Positions 39,831 to 52,356 of a stretch of 57,982 bases of DNA are shown one piece after another; position 1 is the stretch's first letter; each line of letters opens with the position of its first letter. Under the pieces are notes generated by a model. The model saw only the letters and a program-made list of their open reading frames with translations, searched no databases and was not told where the DNA came from. The stretch is taken from NCBI GenBank assembly GCA_002376325.1, contig DFMR01000139.1, positions 1-57,982 on the forward strand, written 5' to 3'. The position numbers and the translations under genes are program-made. This DNA comes from Proteobacteria bacterium UBA3588 (lineage in GTDB: Bacteria; Pseudomonadota; Gammaproteobacteria; Thiohalomonadales; Thiohalomonadaceae).

Positions 39831-39900
39831 ATTTCCGACTCCGGCGATCGCCCCGTATCCCGGATAAATTCCCTCTTCCCGTTGAGTCAGGCGACAGGTT

Positions 39901-40767
39901 CTACCCGCGCCGAGTCTCCTTCAGCATGGCGCGCAGCGCCTCCCGCCAATGCATCCCGGGAAGATTCAGGTCATCGCGCAAATCCGCCGTATCCAACACG
40001 CTGTAGGCGGGACGACGCGCCGCCGTGGGATATTCCTCGCTGCGCAGCGGACGGATCGGGATCGCCCGTTGCAGCAGGCCGCAGGCGACGGCCTCCTCCT
40101 GGATCGCCACCGCGAAATCGTACCAGCTGGCGACACCCAGATCGGCCCAATGATAGAGCCCGTGCAACGTCGGTGCGGCGACCACGCCCCACAACGCCTG
40201 CGCCAGGGTCCGTGCCCACGTCGGGCTGCCGATCTGATCGGCCACCACCGCCAGCGCGTCGCGCTCCCGCATCAAGCGCAACATGGTGCGCACGAAATTG
40301 TTTCCCGCCTCGGCATAAAGCCAGGAGGTGCGCACGATGACCCACCTGCCCGCCGCCGCCATCACTGCCTCCTCGCCGGAGCGCTTGCCTGCGCCATAGC
40401 TGCCGAGCGGATGACACGGGTCGAGAGGGCGATAGGGACGCGCGCTGTTGCCGTCGAAGACATAGTCGGTCGATACCTGTATCAACCGTGCGCCGCAGCC
40501 GGCGGCCGCCTGCGCCAGATGGGCCGGACCGCGGGCGTTGACGGCGAAGGCATGCTCGCGCTCCTCCTCGGCGCGATCCACGGCAGTGTAGGCGGCAGCG
40601 TTGATGATGACATCGGGACGCAGTTGTCCCACGATGGCGGACACCTCTTCCAGATCGGTGATGTCCAGCTGCGCCGAGGTGCGTGCCTCCACCGTCATGT
40701 CCGCCGGCGCCGTGCGACATAGCGCCTGCCCCAGCTGTCCCCCCGCTCCGGCAATCAGAACCTTCAT
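39901..40767 (-). CDS. rfbD: dTDP-4-dehydrorhamnose reductase
   Basis: GAGGQLG, INAAAYTAVDRAE, VSTDYVFDG, YGAGK, VADQIGSPT, RPAYSVLD. Confidence 0.93.
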   Translation of the reverse strand: MKVLIAGAGGQLGQALCRTAPADMTVEARTSAQLDITDLEEVSAIVGQLRPDVIINAAAYTAVDRAEEEREHAFAVNARGPAHLAQAAAGCGARLIQVSTDYVFDGNSARPYRPLDPCHPLGSYGAGKRSGEEAVMAAAGRWVIVRTSWLYAEAGNNFVRTMLRLMRERDALAVVADQIGSPTWARTLAQALWGVVAAPTLHGLYHWADLGVASWYDFAVAIQEEAVACGLLQRAIPIRPLRSEEYPTAARRPAYSVLDTADLRDDLNLPGMHWREALRAMLKETRRG

Positions 40768-40792
40768 CGTCCGCGCCCCTCTTCAGGAATTC

Positions 40793-43773
<2,981 letters not shown>

Positions 43774-43811
43774 AGCACTATGCGACCGATATACGCCGGT
43801 TCGGATGCCGG

Positions 43812-46800
43812 TCAGACCGCCGCCAGTTCAACGGCCGCTTCCACATCCACCGCAACGATACGCGACACACCGGGCTCGTGCATGGTGACGCCGGTGAGAT
43901 GCGAGGCCAGCTCCATCGTCGCCTTGTTGTGGGTGATGAAGATGAACTGCACCCGCTCCGACATCTCGCGCACCACGTCGCAAAAGCGGCCGACGTTGGC
44001 CTCATCCAGCGGCGCGTCCACCTCGTCCAGCATGCAGAACGGCGACGGATTGAGTTCAAAGATCGAGAACACCATCGCCACCGCCGTGAGCGCCTTTTCG
44101 CCGCCGGAGAGCAGATGGATGGTGCTGTTGCGCTTGCCCGGCGGACGCGCCATCACGGTGACGCCGGTGTCGAGCAGGTCCTCGCCGGTCAGCTCCAGAT
44201 AGGCGTGGCCGCCGCCGAACAGGCGCGGGAATTTTTCCTGCAAGCCTTTGTTGACCTTGTCGAAGGTCTCCTTGAAACGGGTGCGGGTCTCGCGGTCGAT
44301 CTTGCGGATGGCGTTCTCCAGCGTATCCAGCGCCTCGGCCAGATCCTTGTGCTGCGCGTCCAGGTAGTTTTTGCGCTCGGACTGCTGCTCGAACTCCTCG
44401 ATGGCGGCGAGATTAATCGGTCCGAGCCGCTGTATCTTCTGCGCCACATCGTCGACCGTCTGCTCCCAGCCGCGTTCATCCGCATCGGGCGGCATCTCGT
44501 TAAGCAGCGCCTCCAGTTCGAAACCGGCCTCGGTCACCTGCTCATGCAACGTCTGGCGCCGCACCTTGAGCTCCTGACCGTGCATGCGCAGCCGTTCCAG
44601 CACCGAGCGCACCTCCTGCGCCTGGCGTTCCGCCATCAGCCGCTCCTGCTCCAGACGGCGCAGCTCGTGATCGATCTCCTCCACATGCATGCGGGCGGCG
44701 GCCAGTTGCTTCTCCACCTCCATGCGGCGCTCCAGGTGTGACGCCAGCTCGCCGCTCATCGCCTGGATCGGCGTGTCGCCCTCACCCAGTACCAGCCGCA
44801 ACTCTTCACGCCGTTCCGCCAACAGCGACAACTGGCCCTCCATCCGTTCCAGCGCCTGCTCGGTGCTGACCAGTTCGGTACGCATGGTCTGCAAGCGCAA
44901 CGCAATGGCATGGCCCGCCTCGTGGTCGCTGCGCGCCTGCTCCCGCGCACGCTCCAGCGCGGCGCGGCGCTCGTCCCGTTCGTGCGCCAGCTCCTCGCGG
45001 CGGATGGCATGCTCTTCCATCAGCGCCAGGGCCTGGTGCAGACGGCTGCGTGCCTGCTCCATCTCGGCGTCGGCCTCCGCCTGCTGCCGACCCAGCTCCT
45101 GCGCTTCGTTTTGCAACCGCTCATTGCGCTGTCTGATCTGTTCCAGACGCGCCTGTTTGCCCGACAGCTGTGCCTTTTGCTCGGCGCCGCGACGATTCAC
45201 TTCGTTCACCTGGCGCTGCAGCGCCTCGCGCTCCTCTTCCGCCCCGCGCAGCAGCTCACGACCGTCGAGCAACGCCTGCTCGGCATCGCCCGCCTGCTGT
45301 TCCCGTTGCGCCAGGGTGACCTGCAACTCACGCAGCTCCTGCTCGCGCTGCAATACGCCGCTGCGCTCGTCGGCCTCGCGCGCAACGCGTATCCAACTGC
45401 TGCCGAGCCAGATGCCGTCTTGGGTAATCACCGATTCATGGGCGGCCAGGCGCGGACGCAGCGCCAGCGCCTGCAGCAGATCCTCGGCCGCATAGATGCC
45501 GCCCAGCACACCTTCGAGTCCCCACGGGGCCGTCACCTTGGACGACAGCGGCGTACCCGCAGACGCCGCGGGCGCCGTGACCTGCGCCTTGATATCGAAC
45601 AGCGTCAGGTCACCCTGCTCCAATCCCTGCAGCACACCTGCCAGCGGATCGATACCGTCAACGCATACCGCCTCCAACGTTACACCCAGCACCGTCTCCA
45701 CCGCGCGCGCCCAGGCATCCTCCACGGTCAACCCTTCGGCCAAACGCTTGGCGTCGTTCAAACCCTGTCGTTCCAGCCAGGCCGTGACCGCACCGGAGCG
45801 TTTGCCCAGCGCCGCCTGCTGCAACGCCTCCAGCGAGGCATGCCGGCCGCGCTTGCTGTGCAGTTCGTTGCGCAGGCCATCGAGGGCCGCCGACACCTGA
45901 TTATTCTGTTCCCGCTGGGCGCCGATGCGATCGAGGCAGCCGCCGAGCTGCTCCTGCAAGCTCGCCGCCGTCATCTCCTCTTCCGCCGCCTGTTCGCGCA
46001 GCAGCGCGATCTCGCTCTCCAGCGTCTCGGTGGAGAGCATCTTCTGCTCCTCACCCAAACGATCCAGACGCTGACGCTGCTGCCCGGCCTGCTGCTCCAG
46101 GTGTTGCAGGCGGGCCCGCTCGACCTGCGCCGTCTGCGACGAGTCGGCCGCCTGGTGATTGAATTCATCCCACTGGGCCTGCCAGGCGTGCATCGTCTGT
46201 TCCGCCTCGGCCAGCGCCGCCGCGGACAGCTGCTCGGCCGCTTCGCTCTGGCTCAAGGCCGGCTCCTGTTCGCCGACGGCGGCGTGGAGCTCCCCGATCT
46301 TGCGCCGATCCGACTCCAGGTGGCTCTGCGCCTCGTTCCACGAACGCTCCACCTGATTGAGGTCGTGCTGCTGCTGCTGGCGCCGCTCCTTGGCATGCTG
46401 GATCGACTGCTCCAGCCGCGCAATGTCGGCACCGACGCTGTAGAAGCTGCTCTGCACGCCGTTGAAGCCGTCGCTGGCCTCGACGTGCGCCTCGCGCAAC
46501 CGCTCGATGCCCGCTTCCGCGTTACGCTGCCTTGCCAGCTGCGCCTCCAGCGCCGTCTCCTGCTCGCTTGCCTGGCCTTCGACCTGACGGGCGTCGCCGT
46601 CGAGGGCGCGCCAGCGCAGCGCCTGCAACTGCCCCTTGAGCAGCCGCTCCTCCTGCTTCAGTTCCTTGTAGCGTTCGGCCGTCCTGGCTTGACGCTGCAG
46701 ATGTGCCAGCTGCTTGTCCAGCTCTTCGCGCAGGTCGTTGAGGCGGTCGAGGTTGTCGCGCGTATGGCGCATGCGGTTTTCCGTCTCGCGCCGCCGCTCC

Positions 46801-47321
46801 TTGTATTTGGAGATGCCCGCCGCCTCTTCGATGAAGACGCGCAGGTCCTCAGGCTTGGCCTCGATCAGGCGCGAGATGGTGCCCTGCTCGATGATGGCGT
46901 AGCTGCGCGGTCCGAGACCGGTGCCGAGGAAGATGTCGGTGATGTCGCGGCGCCGGCAGCGGCTGCCGTTGAGGTGGTAGAGCGACTGGCCGTCGCGGCT
47001 GACGGTGCGGCTGATGGATATCTCCCCGTAGTGCGCGTACTGGCCGCCGAGGGAACCGTCGCTGTTGTCGAACACCATTTCGATGGTGGCCTGTCCGACC
47101 GGCTTGCGCGCGGTGGAGCCGTTGAATATGACGTCGGCCATGGAGTCGCCGCGCAGGTGCTTGGCGGAGCTCTCGCCCATCACCCAACGCACCGCGTCGA
47201 TGACATTGGACTTGCCGCAGCCGTTGGGCCCGACGATCCCCACCAGATTGCTCGGCAGCGGAATCGCCGTGGGATCGACAAAGGATTTGAAACCGGACAG
47301 TTTGATCTTGCTCAGGCGCAT
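43812..47321 (-). CDS. smc: Chromosome segregation protein SMC
   Basis: [14 protein letters not shown], long coiled coils, [19 protein letters not shown]. Confidence 0.98.
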   Translation of the reverse strand: MRLSKIKLSGFKSFVDPTAIPLPSNLVGIVGPNGCGKSNVIDAVRWVMGESSAKHLRGDSMADVIFNGSTARKPVGQATIEMVFDNSDGSLGGQYAHYGEISISRTVSRDGQSLYHLNGSRCRRRDITDIFLGTGLGPRSYAIIEQGTISRLIEAKPEDLRVFIEEAAGISKYKERRRETENRMRHTRDNLDRLNDLREELDKQLAHLQRQARTAERYKELKQEERLLKGQLQALRWRALDGDARQVEGQASEQETALEAQLARQRNAEAGIERLREAHVEASDGFNGVQSSFYSVGADIARLEQSIQHAKERRQQQQHDLNQVERSWNEAQSHLESDRRKIGELHAAVGEQEPALSQSEAAEQLSAAALAEAEQTMHAWQAQWDEFNHQAADSSQTAQVERARLQHLEQQAGQQRQRLDRLGEEQKMLSTETLESEIALLREQAAEEEMTAASLQEQLGGCLDRIGAQREQNNQVSAALDGLRNELHSKRGRHASLEALQQAALGKRSGAVTAWLERQGLNDAKRLAEGLTVEDAWARAVETVLGVTLEAVCVDGIDPLAGVLQGLEQGDLTLFDIKAQVTAPAASAGTPLSSKVTAPWGLEGVLGGIYAAEDLLQALALRPRLAAHESVITQDGIWLGSSWIRVAREADERSGVLQREQELRELQVTLAQREQQAGDAEQALLDGRELLRGAEEEREALQRQVNEVNRRGAEQKAQLSGKQARLEQIRQRNERLQNEAQELGRQQAEADAEMEQARSRLHQALALMEEHAIRREELAHERDERRAALERAREQARSDHEAGHAIALRLQTMRTELVSTEQALERMEGQLSLLAERREELRLVLGEGDTPIQAMSGELASHLERRMEVEKQLAAARMHVEEIDHELRRLEQERLMAERQAQEVRSVLERLRMHGQELKVRRQTLHEQVTEAGFELEALLNEMPPDADERGWEQTVDDVAQKIQRLGPINLAAIEEFEQQSERKNYLDAQHKDLAEALDTLENAIRKIDRETRTRFKETFDKVNKGLQEKFPRLFGGGHAYLELTGEDLLDTGVTVMARPPGKRNSTIHLLSGGEKALTAVAMVFSIFELNPSPFCMLDEVDAPLDEANVGRFCDVVREMSERVQFIFITHNKATMELASHLTGVTMHEPGVSRIVAVDVEAAVELAAV

Positions 47322-47488
47322 TTTATTGTCGGTATGGACCTAACCACTTGCGTCAAAAAAGAAAATATACGAATTGCGCGGGAGAAAATCCGCATGCGAA
47401 GCCTCCCTGCCACATGCCGCCGGCATGTGTTCCCGGCTATTTTTGGTTACAATGCCGGGCTGTCAAAACTACCACGAAAGCCACTGTT

Positions 47489-47878
47489 ATGCCTACCCGA
47501 CCGAGCAAGGAACTGGAGACCTTCGATAATCCCATGGCGGAGAGGGATTATACGATTCGCATCGAGATCCCGGAGTTCACCTGCCTCTGCCCGAAGACCG
47601 GCCAGCCCGACTTCGCCACCCTTTACCTGGACTACGTGCCGGACCGCAAGTGCGTGGAGTTGAAGGCGCTCAAGCTCTACGTCTGGTCGTTTCGCGACGA
47701 GGGGGCGTTCCACGAGGCGGTCACCAACCGTATCCTCGACGACCTGGTGCGCGCCACCCAGCCGCGCTTCATGCGCTTGACCGGCAAGTTCAATGTCCGC
47801 GGCGGCATCTGGACCACGGTGGTGGCGGAACACCGCGCGCCCGACTGGACGCCGCCGCCCCCGGTCGCCCTGCCCTGA
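47489..47878 (+). CDS. queF: NADPH-dependent 7-cyano-7-deazaguanine (preQ0) reductase, unimodular type
   Basis: [15 protein letters not shown], QueF motif [27 protein letters not shown] at 47448-47453 is a candidate -10 box. Confidence 0.93.
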   Translation: MPTRPSKELETFDNPMAERDYTIRIEIPEFTCLCPKTGQPDFATLYLDYVPDRKCVELKALKLYVWSFRDEGAFHEAVTNRILDDLVRATQPRFMRLTGKFNVRGGIWTTVVAEHRAPDWTPPPPVALP

Positions 47879-47880
47879 AC

Positions 47881-48150
47881 TAGTGTACTGCTGCACTCTT
47901 GGCGGTACTTTCAGAGCCCCCGAAAGTGCCAGGACAAGGCGCGGCGCGCAGGCAATGGCCGTAGCCCTTGCCAAGCGCTGCAACGCGGTCATGGTGCTTT
48001 CGGGGGGCTCCCTTCGGGCGAGCCGCTGGCGGGCCATCTGCGGCGTTGCGCTTGCTTACAAGGGCTACGGCCATTGCTGCGCAACCGCGCCTTGCAGCTG
48101 ACCCGTCAGCGACTCGCTGAAAGTGCCTCCAAGAGTGCAGCAGTACACTA
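47881..48150. mobile_element. 270-bp non-autonomous MITE-like element with 34-bp terminal inverted repeats (including TA) and nested internal repeats
   Basis: TAGTGTACTGCTGCACTCTTGGCGGTACTTTCAG (47881-47914) matches the reverse complement of 48117-48150 at 32/34. TA at both ends. Two inverted 52-bp internal units. No transposase. Confidence 0.85.
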
Positions 48151-48696
48151 AGTCCCGCCACCGAGGGAGGCATAGGCACCCAGCGACTTGCGGATATCCG
48201 CGGCCGTCGGCAGCGTGGCGCGCCCCTCGAAGTCGAAACCACCGTGACAGGTCAGCCGCATCACCTGCGGCTGGCGCGCCGAGCGCAGCCAGTAATCCAC
48301 GTAGCGGTTCACCAGGGGCGGCATACCGTCGTCGTTCGTGGCAAAACGCAACGCGGCATAGCGCAGCGGCGAGCGACGCCATACCACCAAGTCGTCGCCG
48401 ACGCTGAGGCGGCTGACGGCAAAGGTAGCGGGTTCGATGCGGGCGCTGCCGTCGCTCACCTGGTAGACCTCGAAATCGCACGAGGGATAGTAGTAGTGGA
48501 GGCGGTTCTTGGCCACCACCGCACCGTCCTGCAAAAACACCCGTGCGGTTCCGGCCGGCACCTGCAACCGCTGGTGCAGGGTAACGGTGGCGGCCGCAGG
48601 CACCCTATAATAGACCGCCTGATTGGCGATCCCCGGCCCCGCACAGGAGACCAACAGCGGCATTGCCGCCATCCACAGCCAACGGAGACGTAACAT
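48148..48696 (-). CDS. Hypothetical lipoprotein
   Basis: MLRLRWLWMAAMPLLVS-C lipobox, GAGGA upstream of ATG 48696, two further Cys (YPSCDFE, RLTCHG). Confidence 0.75.
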   Translation of the reverse strand: MLRLRWLWMAAMPLLVSCAGPGIANQAVYYRVPAAATVTLHQRLQVPAGTARVFLQDGAVVAKNRLHYYYPSCDFEVYQVSDGSARIEPATFAVSRLSVGDDLVVWRRSPLRYAALRFATNDDGMPPLVNRYVDYWLRSARQPQVMRLTCHGGFDFEGRATLPTAADIRKSLGAYASLGGGT

Positions 48697-48714
48697 GGCG
48701 TTTCCTCCTGCCAC

Positions 48715-50058
48715 ATGAGCTACTTCAAGGATATGCCGTCCGCGCCCGGCTCGCTGGCGCTGGGCATCGATTTCGGCACCTCCGGCTGCCGCGCCGTGGC
48801 GATCGACGGCGACGGTCAGATCCAGGCGAAGGCTGCAGTGCCGTTGCCATCGTCGCGGCGCAATGCCGGCGCCGTGGAACAGTCGCCGCAGTCGTGGCTG
48901 GCGGCCCTCGATACCCTGCTGGCCACCCTGTCCCAACAAATTCCGGCGCAGCGCATCGGTGCCATCGCCGTCGACGGCACCTCGGGGACCGTGATGCTGG
49001 CCGATCTGGCCGGTGCAGCGCTCACACCGGCGCTAATGTACGACGACAACCGCGCCCAGGCCGAGGCCGCCGCGATTGAAGCCGTGGCGCCGCGCGAATC
49101 GGCCGCCCACGGCACCGCCTCCGGGCTGGCCAAGCTGCTGTGGTTGCTCCATCACGGGCACACCGACGGTGCCGCCCGCGTACTCACCCAGACCGACTTC
49201 ATCAACCGGCAGCTGCTCGGGCGGAACGCCGCCGGCGACACCAACAATATGCTCAAATTGGGCTACGACCCGCGCGACGGCGGTTGGCCGCAATGGTTGG
49301 ATCGGCTGGGGGTGCCGCGCAGCCTGCTGCCGGACGTGGTGGCACCGGGCACGCCGCTCGGCGTCGTCGCCGCCGCCGTTGCGCAACGCTATGGCCTGCG
49401 CAGCGACACGTGGGTGGTCGCCGGCACCACCGACAGCACCGCCGCCTTCATCGCAACCGGTGCCCGGCTCCCCGGCGAGGCGGTCACCTCGCTGGGTTCC
49501 ACCCTAGTGCTGAAGGTCATCAGCGATCAGCCGGTGTCGGCACCGGAATACGGCGTCTACAGCCAGCCCCTCGGCAGCCGCTGGCTGATCGGCGGCGGCT
49601 CCAACAGCGGCGGCGCCGTGCTGCGCCATTATTTCACCGATGCCGCCATGGCCGACTTGAGCGCACGGCTGCAGCCGGAGCGCGGCACCGGCCTCGATTA
49701 CTATCCGCTGCCGGCGCCGGGGGAGCGGTTTCCCGTCAACGACCCGCGCATGCAGCCGCGGCTGTCGCCCCGTCCCGACGACGACGCGGTTTTTTTCCAG
49801 GGCTTGCTGGAGGGTATGGCCCGCATCGAGCGCGACGGCTACCGCCGTCTCGCCGCACTGGGGGCGCCCTGGCCAAGCCGTGTGTACAGCGTCGGCGGCG
49901 GTGCCAAAAATGCCGCCTGGAACACGATACGCGCACGTCTGCTCGGTGTACCCTTGACGCCGCCGCCGCACACCGCAGCGGCTTACGGCGCGGCACTGCT
50001 GGCCGCACGTACCCTCAGCACAATGGCTGCCGGTGCATCTGCACCGGCAGCGTGTTAG
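48715..50058 (+). CDS. FGGY family carbohydrate kinase (D-ribulose kinase-like)
   Basis: LGIDFGTSG, AVDGTSGT, AGTTDS, GEAVTSLGSTL, GERFP, VGGGAKN. Start uncertain (48715 or 48733). Confidence 0.85.
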   Translation: MSYFKDMPSAPGSLALGIDFGTSGCRAVAIDGDGQIQAKAAVPLPSSRRNAGAVEQSPQSWLAALDTLLATLSQQIPAQRIGAIAVDGTSGTVMLADLAGAALTPALMYDDNRAQAEAAAIEAVAPRESAAHGTASGLAKLLWLLHHGHTDGAARVLTQTDFINRQLLGRNAAGDTNNMLKLGYDPRDGGWPQWLDRLGVPRSLLPDVVAPGTPLGVVAAAVAQRYGLRSDTWVVAGTTDSTAAFIATGARLPGEAVTSLGSTLVLKVISDQPVSAPEYGVYSQPLGSRWLIGGGSNSGGAVLRHYFTDAAMADLSARLQPERGTGLDYYPLPAPGERFPVNDPRMQPRLSPRPDDDAVFFQGLLEGMARIERDGYRRLAALGAPWPSRVYSVGGGAKNAAWNTIRARLLGVPLTPPPHTAAAYGAALLAARTLSTMAAGASAPAAC

Positions 50059-50095
50059 TTTTGTATATCCAGCACCACGACGGACACGACATCAT

Positions 50096-50848
50096 ATGTG
50101 GCGACACCCCCTGCTTGGCCCCGCCTACCTGCTCAAAGGGCTGCGCTTGATAGCGAGGCCGGCCCTGTGGCCCTACGTGGCCATACCATTGCTGATCAAC
50201 GTCGTCATCTTCGGCCTGCTGCTGTGGTTCGCGGGGGACCAATTCGGCCGCATCGTCGACCACCTGCAGCCCACCCTGCCGCACTGGCTGATATGGCTCA
50301 GTTGGCTGCTGTGGTTGCTGTTTGCGCTGCTGGCGGGAGTGGTGATCTTCTTTACCTTTTCGCTGCTGGCCAACATCGTTGGTGCGCCGTTCAACGGCCT
50401 GCTCGCCGAAGCGGTGGAACGTCTGCTCACCGGTGCCGAGACGCCGCCGGGCGGCAGCCTGAGGCAGGTGCTGCGGGAAACGCCGCAGGCGTTGCGGGAT
50501 GAACTGCGCAAGCTGGGCTATTACGCCCTGTGGGCGCTGCCGCTGCTGCTGCTGTTCTGGCTACCGGTGGCCAATCTGGCGGCGCCGTTGCTGTGGGCGC
50601 TGTTCAGCGCCTGGATGCTCGCCCTGGAGTATGCCGACTACCCTCTCGGCAACCATGGCCTGCGCTTCGACGAACAGCGTCGCATGCTGCGCGGCAAGCC
50701 GCTGCTGGCCCTCAGTTTCGGCGCCGCTACGCTGCTCGCCACCATGATACCGCTGCTGAATCTGTTCGTTATGCCGGCGGCCGTCGCGGGCGCCACGCAG
50801 TTATGGGTCGAGCAGCTGCGGCCGCTGGAACGATCGAGCGAGGAATAA
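50096..50848 (+). CDS. cysZ: Sulfate transporter CysZ (EI24 domain)
   Basis: IPLLINV, ANIVGAPFNGLLAEAVE, WMLALEYADYPLGNH, IPLLNLFVMPAAVAGAT. Confidence 0.9.
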   Translation: MWRHPLLGPAYLLKGLRLIARPALWPYVAIPLLINVVIFGLLLWFAGDQFGRIVDHLQPTLPHWLIWLSWLLWLLFALLAGVVIFFTFSLLANIVGAPFNGLLAEAVERLLTGAETPPGGSLRQVLRETPQALRDELRKLGYYALWALPLLLLFWLPVANLAAPLLWALFSAWMLALEYADYPLGNHGLRFDEQRRMLRGKPLLALSFGAATLLATMIPLLNLFVMPAAVAGATQLWVEQLRPLERSSEE

Positions 50849-50936
50849 TCGTTTCGCCGCGCAACCACCGCGCGGCGTTCCCCTGTTCAGCGGACGATGG
50901 CGTCTCTATGATAGCGGCACCATTCGGGGAGCCATC

Positions 50937-52166
50937 GTGAACCTGCCACTGCTGGTCCTGCTGACCGTATTTGTCGCCATCGCGCTGCGCAAGATCGGAC
51001 GTTGGCCGATCGCTATCTGGCAGGCTATGAGCGCCGGCGCCGGCGCTGTGCTGTTGAGCGGACAGATCTCGCTGTCTCAGGCGCTACGCGCCATCGACTG
51101 GAACGTGATGCTGTTTCTGTTCGGCATGTTCGTCATTGGCCAGGCCCTGGTCGCCAGCGGCTACCTATACGCCCTCGCCTACCGTCTGTTCGGCCACAGC
51201 CGCTCCAGCGACACGCTGGTGCTGACGCTGCTAGTGGGCGGCGCGGTCGCCTCCGCCCTGCTGATGAACGATACCTTGGCGATCATCGGCACGCCGCTGG
51301 CGATACGGCTGGCGCGGGAACACCGCATCAATCCCCGCCTGCTGCTGCTCACACTCTGTTTCGCCGTCACCACCGGCAGCGTTATCAGCCCCATCGGCAA
51401 TCCGCAAAATCTGCTGATCGCCCTATGGGGCCCGATGCCGGCCCCGTTCGCGACCTTCGCCGGACGGCTGCTGCTCCCCACGCTCCTCAACCTGGTACTG
51501 ACCTACCTGCTGTTGCGACTGTTGTTTCGGCACGAGTTCCACGGCACGCCCCTGGTACATCGCCAATCAGCGCCGACCGATCCCGCACTCGCACGCTTGG
51601 CGCGCTATGCGGTGTGGCTGCTGTTGACACTGCTGCTGGCGCGCGTCGCGGTGCCGTTGTTGGGGATGCGGTTCCCGCTGCGCCTCAGTCACATTGCGCT
51701 GGTCGCAATGCTGCCGATCGTGTTGTTCAGCCCGCGCCGCCTGCCCCTCCTGCGTACCATCGATTGGCGTACGCTGGCGTTCTTTGCCGCCATGTTCGTC
51801 GTGATGGCCAGTGTTTGGGATACGGGCATCTTGCAACGCCATCTAAACGAGACCGGCGCGGCACTGCGCGCTCCCGGCTTCGTACTCGGCAGCAGCGTTC
51901 TGTTGAGTCAGCTCATCTCCAATGTACCGCTGGTCGCGCTCTACCTGCCGCTGTTGCATACCACTGAGCCGTCCGTCTTGCTCACCCTGGCGGCCGGCAG
52001 CACCATCGCCGGCAATCTCCTGCCGCTTGGTGCCGCCAGCAATGTAATCGTGATACAGAATGCCGAACGCCACGGCACCGCATTCACCTTTTTCGATTTT
52101 GCCCGTGCCGGGATACCCCTTACGCTGGTAAATGTCGGCATCTATTGGCTGTTTCTGGTACGTTGA
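50937..52166 (+). CDS. ArsB/NhaD/SLC13-type anion permease
   Basis: Many TM segments, AIDWNVMLFLFGMF, LMND, SPIGNPQN, ISNVP, STIAGNL..GAASN. Confidence 0.85.
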   Translation: MNLPLLVLLTVFVAIALRKIGRWPIAIWQAMSAGAGAVLLSGQISLSQALRAIDWNVMLFLFGMFVIGQALVASGYLYALAYRLFGHSRSSDTLVLTLLVGGAVASALLMNDTLAIIGTPLAIRLAREHRINPRLLLLTLCFAVTTGSVISPIGNPQNLLIALWGPMPAPFATFAGRLLLPTLLNLVLTYLLLRLLFRHEFHGTPLVHRQSAPTDPALARLARYAVWLLLTLLLARVAVPLLGMRFPLRLSHIALVAMLPIVLFSPRRLPLLRTIDWRTLAFFAAMFVVMASVWDTGILQRHLNETGAALRAPGFVLGSSVLLSQLISNVPLVALYLPLLHTTEPSVLLTLAAGSTIAGNLLPLGAASNVIVIQNAERHGTAFTFFDFARAGIPLTLVNVGIYWLFLVR

Positions 52167-52356
52167 CACACGCTTTACGGCCACGAACCCTATACGGCAA
52201 CAAGGTTAAGCCAAAAATGGCGCGCATTTTGCCTTAGCCCAACGGCAAGCGGCCGCGCCGCCCAAAAACGGCACGGCAGTGGAGAAAAATTTTGCGAATT
52301 GGTCTATTTTTACTTAACAGTATCCATATGAATGCACGTCCGAGATTAACAATCCA

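Noticed and set aside
44910-47663. 917-aa plus-strand ORF
   Set aside because: Antisense shadow of smc; its C-terminal part is out of frame with queF.
47880-48242. ORFs crossing the MITE, and a CRISPR interpretation of its repeats
   Set aside because: The ORFs are translations of palindromic DNA with no transposase motifs. The repeats are inverted, not direct repeats with spacers, and no cas genes are present.
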